Shown: positions 45,326 through 54,754 of the stretch, one piece after another
How the letters are laid out: each line of letters opens with the position of its first letter
How positions within the stretch are numbered: the stretch's first letter is position 1
Assembly: GCA_002482775.1 (NCBI GenBank)
Contig: DLGQ01000002.1
Coordinates: 22,729 to 86,728 of the forward strand
Direction: 5' to 3'
DNA length: 64,000 nt
From: Flavobacteriales bacterium UBA7690
GTDB lineage: Bacteria; Bacteroidota; Bacteroidia; Flavobacteriales_F; PHOS-HE28
The notes under the pieces: model-generated
The model's input: the letters and a program-made list of their open reading frames with translations, nothing else
The model's database searches: none
Told to the model about the DNA's origin: nothing
Translations under genes and position numbers: made by a program

Positions 45326-46303
45326 ATGAAGGAATGGACCGTTAGGCGTGCGGCCCTTGGGTGTGCACTGAGCGTATTCGCGGCGTTGTCGGCATTCGCC
45401 CAAGACCCCCAGTTCACGCAGTTCTATGCGAACCCGCTGTACTTGAACCCTGCGTTCGCAGGAACTGCGCGCTGCCCCCGGGTGGTGATGAACTACCGCA
45501 ACCAGTGGCCGGCTCTCTCCGGCACCTTCGTTACCACCAGTGCCAGTTACGACCAGCATGTGGATGGCATGAACGGGGGCGTTGGCCTGCTCGTTACCCA
45601 CGACCAAGCCGGTAAGGGAACGCTGAACACCACCACGGTAAGCGGCATTTATTCGTACCAACAAGCCATTTCAAGGAAATTCTCCGTCAAGGTAGGATTC
45701 CAAGCAACGTACTTCCAAAAGTCGCTGGACTGGAGCAAACTCACCTTCGGCGACCAGATCGACCCGCGTCGCGGCTTCATTTACAACACCAACGATGTGC
45801 CACGTGGAGGTAGCGTGGGCAACGCCGACTTCAGCGCCGGTGTGCTGGGCTATAGTGATATCTTCTTCGTAGGGTTCGCCGCTCACCACCTGACCCAGCC
45901 GAACGAATCGCTGATCGTGGGGAACAGTAAACTCCCCATGAAGTTGACCGGCCACGCCGGAGCCGCCATTCCCCTTGGCATGAAAGGGAAGTACGGGGAA
46001 GCACGCACGCGGATCTCGCCCAACGTACTATACCAGCAACAAGCCGCGTTCCGTCAATTGAACTTGGGGTTGTACGTGGATCATGGTCCTATCACGGCCG
46101 GTGTATGGTATCGCACACGCGACGCGTTCATCGCCTTGATCGGTTTCCACACGGAGAAGTTCAAGTTCGGATATAGTTACGACGTGACCACATCGAAGCT
46201 CACCACCTCCACGGCCGGATCGCACGAGATCAGCATGCAGTTGCAATTCAACTGCAAGCCGAAGAAGCGGCGTTTCCGTGTGGTGGCCTGCCCTACGTTC
46301 TAA
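45326..46303 (+). CDS. PorP/SprF family T9SS membrane protein
   Basis: Start ATG 45326 (MKEWTVRRAALG...). The signature is QDPQFTQFYANPLYLNPAFAG. The track ORF from 44876 is a spurious extension. Confidence 0.8.
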   Translation: MKEWTVRRAALGCALSVFAALSAFAQDPQFTQFYANPLYLNPAFAGTARCPRVVMNYRNQWPALSGTFVTTSASYDQHVDGMNGGVGLLVTHDQAGKGTLNTTTVSGIYSYQQAISRKFSVKVGFQATYFQKSLDWSKLTFGDQIDPRRGFIYNTNDVPRGGSVGNADFSAGVLGYSDIFFVGFAAHHLTQPNESLIVGNSKLPMKLTGHAGAAIPLGMKGKYGEARTRISPNVLYQQQAAFRQLNLGLYVDHGPITAGVWYRTRDAFIALIGFHTEKFKFGYSYDVTTSKLTTSTAGSHEISMQLQFNCKPKKRRFRVVACPTF

Positions 46304-46333
46304 GACGATACCTGCAACGAATCGCACAAGATC

Positions 46334-48094
46334 ATGAACCTGCTCAGGAACATAGCCCTTCTCACCGCTGGCGCAGCGTTGTTCAGCGCTTGCCAGTTCG
46401 AGAAAAGTGGCGCCACCGGCTGGAATTACAACGATTCCAAGAACGGAGGGTTCGAGAAGACCGAGTTCGCCGACCAAGAGACAGGCCCCGGCCTGATCCT
46501 GGTGGAGGGCGGCCAGTTCACCATGGGCCGCGTAACGGATGATCTGCGCCACGAGTGGGACATGATCCCCCGCACGGTCACTGTTTCATCCTTCTATATG
46601 GATGAGGTGGAGGTCACCAACTTCTACTGGCTGGAATACCTCTACTGGTTGGACCGCGTATTCGTGGCCGATTACCCGGAGATCTACAAGAAAGCCCTGC
46701 CCGATACGCTGGTTTGGCGCAGCAAACTGGCTTTCAACGAGCCCTATGTGGAGTACTACCTACGCCACCCCGCCTACCGTGATTACCCGGTGGTGGGCAT
46801 CAACTGGCTCCAAGCCAACGACTATTGTGCGTGGCGTTCCGATCGTGTGAACGAGGTTATCCTCATCCGCGAAGGCCTGTTCGAGCACTACCCCAACCAG
46901 ATCAACGAAGACCACTTCACCACCGATTCTTACTTGGCTGGCCAATACGAGAGCGGCAAAAAGGTGGATGGCGTTGCTGACTTCAACCCCAACCGCGACA
47001 CACGTAACGTGCGCATGGAGGACGGGATCCTGTTGCCCCGCTACCGTCTACCAACGGAGGCGGAATGGGAGTACGCAGCGTACGGACTGTTGGGCAACAC
47101 GGTGGATGAGCGCGTGGTGGAACGTAGGATCTACCCATGGAACGGCCACTGGGTGCGTTACGACAGTCGTAAGAAAGGCGGCGCCTTCTATGGTGACTTC
47201 CGTGGCAACTTCATGCGTGGGCGCGGCGACTACATGGGTGTTGCAGGCAGCTTGAACGATAACGCCGATGTAACGGCTCCTGTGTTCAGCTACTGGCCCA
47301 ACGACTACGGCTTGTACAACATGGCGGGTAACGTGAGCGAGTGGGTGATGGACGTGTACCGCCCGCTGAGCCCGGAGGACAAGGATGATTTCCGCCCTTT
47401 CCGCGGCAACGTGTTCAAGACCAAAGTGCTCAACAGCGATGGTGCTGTGCAGGACAAGCACGACGTGGTGGTGTACGATGTGGACGGCATCAAATACTAC
47501 CTCACCGAGTTCCAGACCACCATGCAAGGCCGGGCTACGGATGAAGAAGCAGCCCTGATCGATGAGCTCCTGAGCGCAATAGACCAGGCCATCGAGTTCA
47601 ACAATACCCGCAAGCAGGACGCCGCAATGCAGCGTGTGCAGGACATGATCGACAACATCAAGGGCAAGGACCTGGAGATCTGCCCGAAACTGCTGAGCGG
47701 TATCAGCGACTACCAGGCCGATCAGCCGGGCGATGTACGCGTGCGCAACGTTACCGTTGAGGAGAACATCGACCGTCGCAACTACCGTGCAAGCGACAAC
47801 ATCGATTTCCGTGATGGCGACGTGGAAAGCAGCATCTACTTCGAAACCCCGGATTACGAAGGCAATGCCATGTATGATTGGGGCAAGACCAGCTTGGTGA
47901 ACGACCGCAGCCGAGTGTATAAAGGCGCAAGTTGGGCGGACCGCATCTACTGGGCCGCACCAAGCACGCGTCGCCACTTGGACGAACGCCAAAGCACCTC
48001 CACCATCGGTTTCCGTTGTGCCATGACGCGTGTAGGCAGCCCGAAAGGCATGGGCGATGATAAGCGCAGCAAGAAGCTTGACGAGAAGCGTTGA
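46334..48094 (+). CDS. gldJ: gliding motility lipoprotein GldJ (SUMF1/FGE-like fold)
   Basis: Lipoprotein signal LTAGAALFSAC, about 586 aa, FGE-like segments, and gldJ-porU-porV neighbourhood as in Flavobacterium. Confidence 0.8.
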   Translation: MNLLRNIALLTAGAALFSACQFEKSGATGWNYNDSKNGGFEKTEFADQETGPGLILVEGGQFTMGRVTDDLRHEWDMIPRTVTVSSFYMDEVEVTNFYWLEYLYWLDRVFVADYPEIYKKALPDTLVWRSKLAFNEPYVEYYLRHPAYRDYPVVGINWLQANDYCAWRSDRVNEVILIREGLFEHYPNQINEDHFTTDSYLAGQYESGKKVDGVADFNPNRDTRNVRMEDGILLPRYRLPTEAEWEYAAYGLLGNTVDERVVERRIYPWNGHWVRYDSRKKGGAFYGDFRGNFMRGRGDYMGVAGSLNDNADVTAPVFSYWPNDYGLYNMAGNVSEWVMDVYRPLSPEDKDDFRPFRGNVFKTKVLNSDGAVQDKHDVVVYDVDGIKYYLTEFQTTMQGRATDEEAALIDELLSAIDQAIEFNNTRKQDAAMQRVQDMIDNIKGKDLEICPKLLSGISDYQADQPGDVRVRNVTVEENIDRRNYRASDNIDFRDGDVESSIYFETPDYEGNAMYDWGKTSLVNDRSRVYKGASWADRIYWAAPSTRRHLDERQSTSTIGFRCAMTRVGSPKGMGDDKRSKKLDEKR

Positions 48095-48114
48095 GCCTTC
48101 CTGATCCTAATTTC

Positions 48115-48147
48115 GACCCCCGGCCCACAAGCCGGGGGTCTTCATTT
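48115..48147 (+). terminator. intrinsic terminator after gldJ (GACCCCCGGC-6 nt-GCCGGGGGTC, then TTCATTTC)
   Basis: Perfect 10-bp GC stem followed by a T-rich tail. It ends 1-2 nt before the murF ATG at 48149. Confidence 0.7.
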
Positions 48148-48148
48148 C

Positions 48149-49447
48149 ATGGCAACCCAGATCACCATCACCGACCTGTACGAGCGCTTCGCCACCTGTA
48201 CCGGAACCAGCACCGATACGCGCACCATTGGGAAGGACTCCATGTTCTTCGCGTTGAAAGGACCCAATTTCGATGCGAACGCATTCGCGCACGAAGCATT
48301 GGAAAAGGGCGCACGGTATGCTGTGGTCGATGATCCGGCCCTGGTGTTGGACGAGCGTTATCTACTCGTGCCCGACGTGCTCGTCGCGCTTCAACAGCTG
48401 GCTACCCATCATCGCAGGAAGTTCTCCATACCAGTGATAGGCATCACAGGTACCAATGGAAAAACCACGACCAAGGAACTGGTCCACGCTGTGCTCTCCG
48501 CTGATCGGCCCACCTTGGCCACGAGCGGGAACCTCAACAACCACATCGGTGTGCCGCTCACGCTGTTGCGGATGAACGCCGAACATCGCATTGCGATCAT
48601 CGAGATGGGGGCGAACAAGCAAGGTGATATCGCCGAACTCACCGCGATCGCAGAGCCCACGCACGGCTTGATCACCAACATCGGGCGCGCACACCTGGAG
48701 GGCTTTGGCAGTTACGAAGGCGTGATCGCCGCCAAATCGGAGATGTACACCCACCTCGGGGCACATGGCGGCACCGTGTTCGTGAACATGGATGACCCGC
48801 TGTTGATGGTGAAGAGTTCGGGGCTCACGCGCGTCACCTATGGCAACAGCGAAGGTGCTGACTCCCGAGGGAATCCCGTACCCGGTGATGAGCCCTACAT
48901 GGAACTCGTATTTGATGATCGTGATCGACCGGGGCACTTCCATGTGACCACCAAGCTCATTGGCGATTACAACGCGCCGAACGCCTTGGTGGCCGTGGCC
49001 GTTGGACGGCATTTCGGAGTATCCGATGACGTGATCGCTGGTTCACTTGCGGACTACACGCCGAGCAACAACCGCTCGCAGTTCACGGATACGGGCCGCA
49101 ACCAGCTCGTACTGGACGCCTACAATGCCAACCCCACGAGCATGGCCTCAGCCTTGGAGAATTTCGCTGCCATGCGCAGCGAGCGCCCGAAACTGGTCAT
49201 CCTCGGCGACATGCTGGAACTCGGCACTGAGAGTGAGAAGGACCACAAAGCCATAGTAGAGCTCGTATCCAAACTGAAGCTCAAAGCATTCTTCATCGGC
49301 AAGGAATTCGCGAAGGCCACATCCGTTGCACTGCCTACGGCCAGCGCCTTGATCGAACGCATGAGCACGGAACCCATCAACGGAAAGTTGATCCTGGTGA
49401 AAGGCTCACGCGGGATCAAACTGGAAACGGTTGTGCCCAACCTGTAG
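48149..49447 (+). CDS. murF: UDP-N-acetylmuramoyl-tripeptide--D-alanyl-D-alanine ligase
   Basis: GITGTNGKTTTKEL P-loop and Mur ligase middle and C-terminal regions. Confidence 0.9.
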   Translation: MATQITITDLYERFATCTGTSTDTRTIGKDSMFFALKGPNFDANAFAHEALEKGARYAVVDDPALVLDERYLLVPDVLVALQQLATHHRRKFSIPVIGITGTNGKTTTKELVHAVLSADRPTLATSGNLNNHIGVPLTLLRMNAEHRIAIIEMGANKQGDIAELTAIAEPTHGLITNIGRAHLEGFGSYEGVIAAKSEMYTHLGAHGGTVFVNMDDPLLMVKSSGLTRVTYGNSEGADSRGNPVPGDEPYMELVFDDRDRPGHFHVTTKLIGDYNAPNALVAVAVGRHFGVSDDVIAGSLADYTPSNNRSQFTDTGRNQLVLDAYNANPTSMASALENFAAMRSERPKLVILGDMLELGTESEKDHKAIVELVSKLKLKAFFIGKEFAKATSVALPTASALIERMSTEPINGKLILVKGSRGIKLETVVPNL

Positions 49448-49450
49448 CTG

Positions 49451-49469
49451 GTCGACCCGATGGGTCGAC
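49451..49469. terminator. hairpin GTCGACCC-GAT-GGGTCGAC after murF
   Basis: Perfect 8-bp stem with a 3-nt loop, 4 nt after the murF stop, in a convergent intergenic region. No T-run follows. Confidence 0.4.
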
Positions 49470-49518
49470 GCTACTGGTGCGCATCCGAACGGCCTGTGAG
49501 ACCAGGCAGGGAATTTCG

Positions 49519-49554
49519 CCCCTTCTGCTCCGGAGAAGGGACGGGGGATGAGGT
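49519..49554. repeat. REP-like palindromic unit (CCCCTTCTGCTCCGGAGAAGGGACGGGGGATGAGGT)
   Basis: Internal stem CCCTTCT/AGAAGGG, then a G-run plus TGAGGT tail. It abuts the stop codon of the acyl-CoA dehydrogenase gene and is related to 16829-16874. Confidence 0.5.
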
Positions 49555-50723
49555 CAGCCCTTCAGCACGTTCCGGCTGATCACGATCCGCTGCACCTCGC
49601 TGGTGCCTTCGTAGATCTGGGTGATCTTGGCATCGCGCATAAGGCGTTCCACGTGGTACTCCTTCACGTAGCCGTAGCCACCATGCACTTGCACGGCTTC
49701 CACGGTGGTGCGCATGGCCACTTCGCTGCTGAAGACCTTCGCCATGGCACTGGCTTGATCGTAGTTCAGGTGTTGATCCTTCAGCCACGCGGCCTTCAAA
49801 CACAACAAACGAGCTGCTTCGATCTCCGTGGCCATGTCGGCCAGTTTGAACGCGATGGCTTGGTGCTCACTGATCGCCTTGCCGAAGGCTTTACGCTCTT
49901 TGCTGTACGCTAGGGCCAGTTCGTAGGCACCGCTGGCGATACCAAGGGCTTGCGAAGCGATACCGATACGGCCACCGCTCAGGGTCTTCATCGCGAAGGT
50001 GAAGCCGAAACCATCTTCGCCCACGCGATTCGCCTTGGGCACCTTCACATCCTGGAACATCAGTGTGTGGGTGTCGCTACCGCGGATGCCGAGCTTGTCT
50101 TCTTTGGCGCCGACCACGAAACCGGGCATGCCTTTCTCCACGATCAAGCAGTTGATGCCTTTGTGGCCTTTCGCAGCATCGGTCTGCGCCATCACCAAGT
50201 AGGTACTGGCCGTTCCGCCGTTCGTGATCCAGTTCTTGGTGCCGTTCAACAGGTAGTGATCGCCCATGTCAATGGCCGTGGTCCGCTGGCTGGTGGCATC
50301 GCTTCCGGCTTCTGGTTCGCTGAGGCAGAAGGCACCGATCACTTCACCCTTGGCCAACGGCACCAGGTATTTCTGCTTCTGCTCTTCGCTGGCGAACTGC
50401 TCCAGGCCCCAACACACCAGGGAATTGTTCACGCTCATCACCACACTGGTGCTAGCGTCGATCTTGCTGATCTCTTCCATCGCCAGCACGTAGCTGATGG
50501 TATCCATACCACCGCCGCCGTACTTGGGATCCACCATCATACCCAGGAAACCGAGCTCACCAAGCTGTTTGATCTCCGCCGCAGGGAAACGTTGTTCCCG
50601 ATCGCGGTCGATCACGCCGGGCTTCAGCACGTTCTGCGCGAAGTCGCGGGCGGCGTCGCGCACGGCGATCTGTTCTTCGCTCAATTCGAAATTCAATCCG
50701 GCGAGGGTGGCGGTGTCTTGCAT
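49554..50723 (-). CDS. acyl-CoA dehydrogenase
   Basis: Likely start ATG 50723 (MQDTATLAGLNFELSEEQ...). Typical ACAD blocks are present, including ...IYEGTSEVQRIVISR. Confidence 0.9.
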   Translation of the reverse strand: MQDTATLAGLNFELSEEQIAVRDAARDFAQNVLKPGVIDRDREQRFPAAEIKQLGELGFLGMMVDPKYGGGGMDTISYVLAMEEISKIDASTSVVMSVNNSLVCWGLEQFASEEQKQKYLVPLAKGEVIGAFCLSEPEAGSDATSQRTTAIDMGDHYLLNGTKNWITNGGTASTYLVMAQTDAAKGHKGINCLIVEKGMPGFVVGAKEDKLGIRGSDTHTLMFQDVKVPKANRVGEDGFGFTFAMKTLSGGRIGIASQALGIASGAYELALAYSKERKAFGKAISEHQAIAFKLADMATEIEAARLLCLKAAWLKDQHLNYDQASAMAKVFSSEVAMRTTVEAVQVHGGYGYVKEYHVERLMRDAKITQIYEGTSEVQRIVISRNVLKG

Positions 50724-50741
50724 AGCGTAAGGTGTACCGGG

Positions 50742-50749
50742 CAAAAGTA
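50742..50749 (-). promoter_or_regulatory. -7 box TACTTTTG (minus strand) for the acyl-CoA dehydrogenase gene
   Basis: TAnnTTTG match 18 nt upstream of ATG 50723. Confidence 0.4.
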
Positions 50750-50766
50750 GCGGATACCTTCGCCCG

Positions 50767-51834
50767 ATGGCAGCCACCGAAGAACTTCGCTATACAGCGC
50801 TCGGCGTTATGAGCGGCAGCTCGTTGGATGGGCTGGATCTTGCGCTGTGCTCATTCACCCCGCATGCTGGGCGGTGGGCCTTCCTGATCGAGGATGCCCG
50901 CACCGTTCCGTACACAAAGGCCTTGCAGCAGCGGCTGGTGGAGGTGATGCATGGCAGCGCGCTGGACCTCGCCCGGCTTGACCGCGACCTCGGCGACCTG
51001 ATCGGGCGCTCCGCTATGGAGTTCCTCGCAGGAAGGCCAGTGGACGTGATCGCGTCCCACGGGCACACCATCTTCCACAAACCCGATGAAGGACTTACGC
51101 TTCAGATCGGCCATGGCGCACGCATCGCAGCAAGGACGAGCCTAGCTACCGTTACCGACTTCCGCACGCTGGATGTCGCACTGGGGGGACAGGGTGCGCC
51201 GCTCGTGCCCTTGGGCGAACAGCACCTGTTCCCCGAGTACCGCACCTTTCTCAACATCGGCGGGATCTGCAACATCGCGTTACACGAAGGCGGACAGGTG
51301 CTCGGCTACGATGTCTGCATCGGCAACCAAGCACTGAACATGCTCGCGTTGGAAGCGGGGCTGCCATACGATAAGGATGGTTCCATCGCCCGCAGGGGAA
51401 CGGTGAACGACGGGCTACTTCAACAATTGAACGGACTCCCCTTCCACCACCAAGCCCCACCCCGCTCACTAGGCCGCGAATGGTTCGAGGAAGGAATTCT
51501 GCCCTTGATCGCTGATACTCGCATACCGCAGGAAGATCGGATGCGCACCGTGGTGGAACACATCGCTATGATGATGGCTGGTGCTGTGGGGAAAGGAGCT
51601 GATGCACTTCTCGTGACCGGTGGTGGCGCGCACAACGGTTTCCTCGTGGAGCGCCTGCGAGCGCTGTGCAGCTGTGGGATCGTGGTACCCGAACCTGCCA
51701 TGGTGGACTACAAAGAGGCATTGATCTTCGCTTTCCTCGGGGTGCGGCGGTTGCGGGGCGAGAGCACGGCCCTTTCGAGCGTGACGGGTGCAGCACGCGA
51801 AAGTTCCGGCGGCAGCCTGGTCAGCGCCAATTAA
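50767..51834 (+). CDS. anmK: anhydro-N-acetylmuramic acid kinase
   Basis: N-terminal GVMSGSSLDGLDLA motif and the right length (355 aa). Confidence 0.9.
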   Translation: MAATEELRYTALGVMSGSSLDGLDLALCSFTPHAGRWAFLIEDARTVPYTKALQQRLVEVMHGSALDLARLDRDLGDLIGRSAMEFLAGRPVDVIASHGHTIFHKPDEGLTLQIGHGARIAARTSLATVTDFRTLDVALGGQGAPLVPLGEQHLFPEYRTFLNIGGICNIALHEGGQVLGYDVCIGNQALNMLALEAGLPYDKDGSIARRGTVNDGLLQQLNGLPFHHQAPPRSLGREWFEEGILPLIADTRIPQEDRMRTVVEHIAMMMAGAVGKGADALLVTGGGAHNGFLVERLRALCSCGIVVPEPAMVDYKEALIFAFLGVRRLRGESTALSSVTGAARESSGGSLVSAN

Positions 51835-51917
51835 CAGTGTGGCGGGATAACCTTCCCGGCAGCTCTCGGGCCACCCGTTGCGCACGGGTTTACTTTCGCC
51901 CCACCTGACCTGGACCC

Positions 51918-53144
51918 GTGATGCATGAAGCCCTGCGCCGCTTTGAGGAGCGAGCCCCCGAGATCGTCTTCGAATGGAACGACGCGCCCACCGGCGCCAA
52001 GGGTTGGGTGGTGATCAACAGTTTACGTGGTGGTGCTGCCGGTGGTGGTACGCGGATGCGCAAAGGCTTGGATCGCCGCGAGGTGGAAAGCCTGGCCAAG
52101 ACCATGGAGGTGAAATTCAGCGTGTGCGGTCCGCCGATCGGTGGTGCCAAAAGTGGGATCGACTTCGACCCCGCCGACCCGCGCAAGGCCGAGGTGCTGG
52201 ACCGTTGGTACAAAGCGGTGATGCCTTTGCTGAAGAACTACTACGGCACGGGCGGCGACCTCAACGTGGACGAGTTGCATGAGGTGATCCCGATCACCGA
52301 ACGCTATGGACTTCGTCATCCGCAGGAAGGCGTGGTCAACGGCCACATCGGAAGTGCCGAGGATGTGAAGCGCACCGCGATAGAGCAGTTGCGCACCGGT
52401 GTGAGCAAGATCGTGGATGATACCAACTACGTACCCACGGCTGGCAAATACGCTGTCGCGGACATGATCACGGGTTGGGGCGTGGCAGAAAGCGTGCGCC
52501 ATTTCTACGCGGTGAAGGGCGGAAGCGTCAAAGGCAAACGCGTCATCCTCCAAGGCTGGGGTAACGTGGCCGCTGCGGCAGGCTACTACCTCGCTCGTCA
52601 AGGCGCTGTGATCACCGGCATCATCGACCGTGCGGGCGGTATCCTCGCGCCGCAAGGTCTTGGTGCAGAAGAAGTACAGGAGCTCTTCGTGAAGAAGGAA
52701 GCCAATCAACTGTGCTCGTCGCAATTGCTGCCCTTCGCTGAAGTGAACGACGGCATCTGGGGCATCGGCGCCGATGTGTTCCTGCCGTGCGCTGCCAGCC
52801 GTTTGGTCACCAAGGAACAAGTGGACCGAATGGCCGCCGCCGGCCTGGAGGTGATCAGCAGCGGCGCCAACGTGCCCTTCGCCGATCCGCAGATCTTCTA
52901 CGGCCCCATCGCCGAACACGCCGATGGCAAGGTGAGCGTGATCCCGGATTTCATCGCCAACTGTGGCATGGCCCGCGTGTTCGCCTATTGCATGCAGCCC
53001 GGCAATGACCTTAGCGACCGCGCCATCTTCACCGATGTGAGCGACGTGATCCGCAAAGCCATCGAAGCCACGCACGCCCGCAACAGCACTTCGCTCCACT
53101 TCACCCGTACCGCGTTCGAGATCGCCTTGGAACGCCTCAACTGA
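51918..53144 (+). CDS. Glu/Leu/Phe/Val-family amino acid dehydrogenase
   Basis: GGTRM...GPPIGGAKSGI catalytic-Lys block and the GWGNVAAAAG Rossmann motif. Confidence 0.85.
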   Translation: MMHEALRRFEERAPEIVFEWNDAPTGAKGWVVINSLRGGAAGGGTRMRKGLDRREVESLAKTMEVKFSVCGPPIGGAKSGIDFDPADPRKAEVLDRWYKAVMPLLKNYYGTGGDLNVDELHEVIPITERYGLRHPQEGVVNGHIGSAEDVKRTAIEQLRTGVSKIVDDTNYVPTAGKYAVADMITGWGVAESVRHFYAVKGGSVKGKRVILQGWGNVAAAAGYYLARQGAVITGIIDRAGGILAPQGLGAEEVQELFVKKEANQLCSSQLLPFAEVNDGIWGIGADVFLPCAASRLVTKEQVDRMAAAGLEVISSGANVPFADPQIFYGPIAEHADGKVSVIPDFIANCGMARVFAYCMQPGNDLSDRAIFTDVSDVIRKAIEATHARNSTSLHFTRTAFEIALERLN

Positions 53145-53188
53145 CAATTCCGAGCGGCCCGGCCGCGTTCAACATTCAACCTGCAACC

Positions 53189-53911
53189 ATGTCCCTCGAA
53201 CTCTTCGCCCAGATCCAAGATGCCACCGAGGCCGCGCGCCAAGTGCTGGAGAACGCCGCTGTGACACCTGTCGTACCCCAAGAAACGACCTTGTCCGTTT
53301 GGGAGCTCATCAAGATGGGCGGCTGGTACATCATGGGGCCATTGGGCTTGATGTCGCTCACCGCGGTCTACATCATCATCGAACGCATGATGGCCATCAA
53401 CCGTGCACTGCGCGATGAGAAGGACTTCATGGCCAAGATCCGCGACTACATCCGCGAAGGCAAGATCGACAGCGCGAAGAACCTGTGCCAGACAACGAAC
53501 ACTCCCGTGGCCCGGATGCTGGAGAAAGGCATCAACAGGATCGGCAAACCGTTGAAGGACATCGAGGTGAGCATCGAGAATCAAGGGAAACTGGAGATCT
53601 ATCGTCTGGAGAGCGGCTTGCCGATCATCGCTACGGTTTCTGGTGCGGCCCCCATGCTCGGCTTCCTGGGAACGGTCGTTGGTATGGTGATCACCTTCCA
53701 CACCATGGAAGTAAGCGGTGCTGGTGTAGAGTTGAGCCAACTGAGCGGTGGTATGATGCAGGCGATGATCACCACGGTGGCCGGTCTCATCATCGGTATT
53801 CCGGCCTACATCGGCTACAACTTGCTCGTTGCTCGAGTGAACAAAGTGGTGCAGAAGATGGAGTCCCGCACCATCGAGTTCATGGAAGTGCTTGAATCCC
53901 CAGCGAAGTGA
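53189..53911 (+). CDS. exbB: MotA/TolQ/ExbB proton-channel protein
   Basis: Three TM helices and the conserved APMLGFLGTVVGM segment. Confidence 0.85.
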   Translation: MSLELFAQIQDATEAARQVLENAAVTPVVPQETTLSVWELIKMGGWYIMGPLGLMSLTAVYIIIERMMAINRALRDEKDFMAKIRDYIREGKIDSAKNLCQTTNTPVARMLEKGINRIGKPLKDIEVSIENQGKLEIYRLESGLPIIATVSGAAPMLGFLGTVVGMVITFHTMEVSGAGVELSQLSGGMMQAMITTVAGLIIGIPAYIGYNLLVARVNKVVQKMESRTIEFMEVLESPAK

Positions 53912-53920
53912 CCCGTACCC

Positions 53921-54319
53921 GTGCGACTACGTAGCAGCAATAAGATAGACGCGGGCTTCAGCCTGAGCAGTATGACCGATCTGGTCTTCCTGCTGCTGAT
54001 CTTCTTCGTCATCATCAGCACTATGGTGAGCCCCACTACCATGCCGGTGGACCTCCCCATAAGTGCCAACAAAACGAAAGAGAAGCCCAGGGTGGGTGTC
54101 CGTATAGATGCTGATGGTGCCTTCAGTGTGAACGACAAACCTGTCGACCCCCTGGACCTTGAAGGAACGCTGAAGGACAGGATGGCCCAGTTCGAAGCGA
54201 AGGACCCGAGCCTGGTGATCCACGTGGACCAGCGTGTTCCAGCGGGCGTTACCGTCGGCGTCATGGAGATCGCCAAGCGCAACAGTTGGAAAGTGATCAT
54301 CGCAACCCGACCCAAGTGA
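53921..54319 (+). CDS. exbD: ExbD/TolR biopolymer transport protein
   Basis: N-terminal MTDLVFLLLIFFVI TM and an ExbD periplasmic domain. Confidence 0.85.
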   Translation: MRLRSSNKIDAGFSLSSMTDLVFLLLIFFVIISTMVSPTTMPVDLPISANKTKEKPRVGVRIDADGAFSVNDKPVDPLDLEGTLKDRMAQFEAKDPSLVIHVDQRVPAGVTVGVMEIAKRNSWKVIIATRPK

Positions 54320-54322
54320 GCC

Positions 54323-54754
54323 ATGCCTCTACGTAGCACACATAAGGTTGATGCGGGCTTCAGCCTGAGCAGCATGACGGACCTGGTGTTCCTGCTGCTG
54401 ATCTTCTTCGTGATCGTAAGCACCATGGTAAGCCCGTTCGCGCTGCCGGTGGACCTACCGAAGAGCAAGGCCAGCACCAGCAAGACCCCACCCAAAGTAG
54501 CCGTTCGTTTATTGAACGATGACGGCGTTACACTGAACGGTGCCAGCATCCCCGTGGACGGCATCGAAGCCGCATTGGTCTCCGAAATGGCCCAGCACAC
54601 GGAAAGCGATGCGATCGTACTGAGCGTGGCACAGGAAGTGCCCACCGGAAGAATGGTGGAGGTGATGAACATCGCCAAGACGCACAAGTGGCGCATCGTG
54701 CTCGCAGCGGCACCTACCGCTCCGGGCCAGCCACCAATACCGGCACAGCCATGA
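54323..54754 (+). CDS. exbD: ExbD/TolR biopolymer transport protein (second copy)
   Basis: Paralogue of 53921-54319 with the same N-terminal TM segment. Confidence 0.85.
   Translation: MPLRSTHKVDAGFSLSSMTDLVFLLLIFFVIVSTMVSPFALPVDLPKSKASTSKTPPKVAVRLLNDDGVTLNGASIPVDGIEAALVSEMAQHTESDAIVLSVAQEVPTGRMVEVMNIAKTHKWRIVLAAAPTAPGQPPIPAQP

Noticed and set aside
52023-53147. 374-aa minus-strand ORF opposite the amino-acid dehydrogenase gene
   Set aside because: The plus-strand gene has the GGxKxG catalytic block and a Rossmann motif. The antisense ORF has none.
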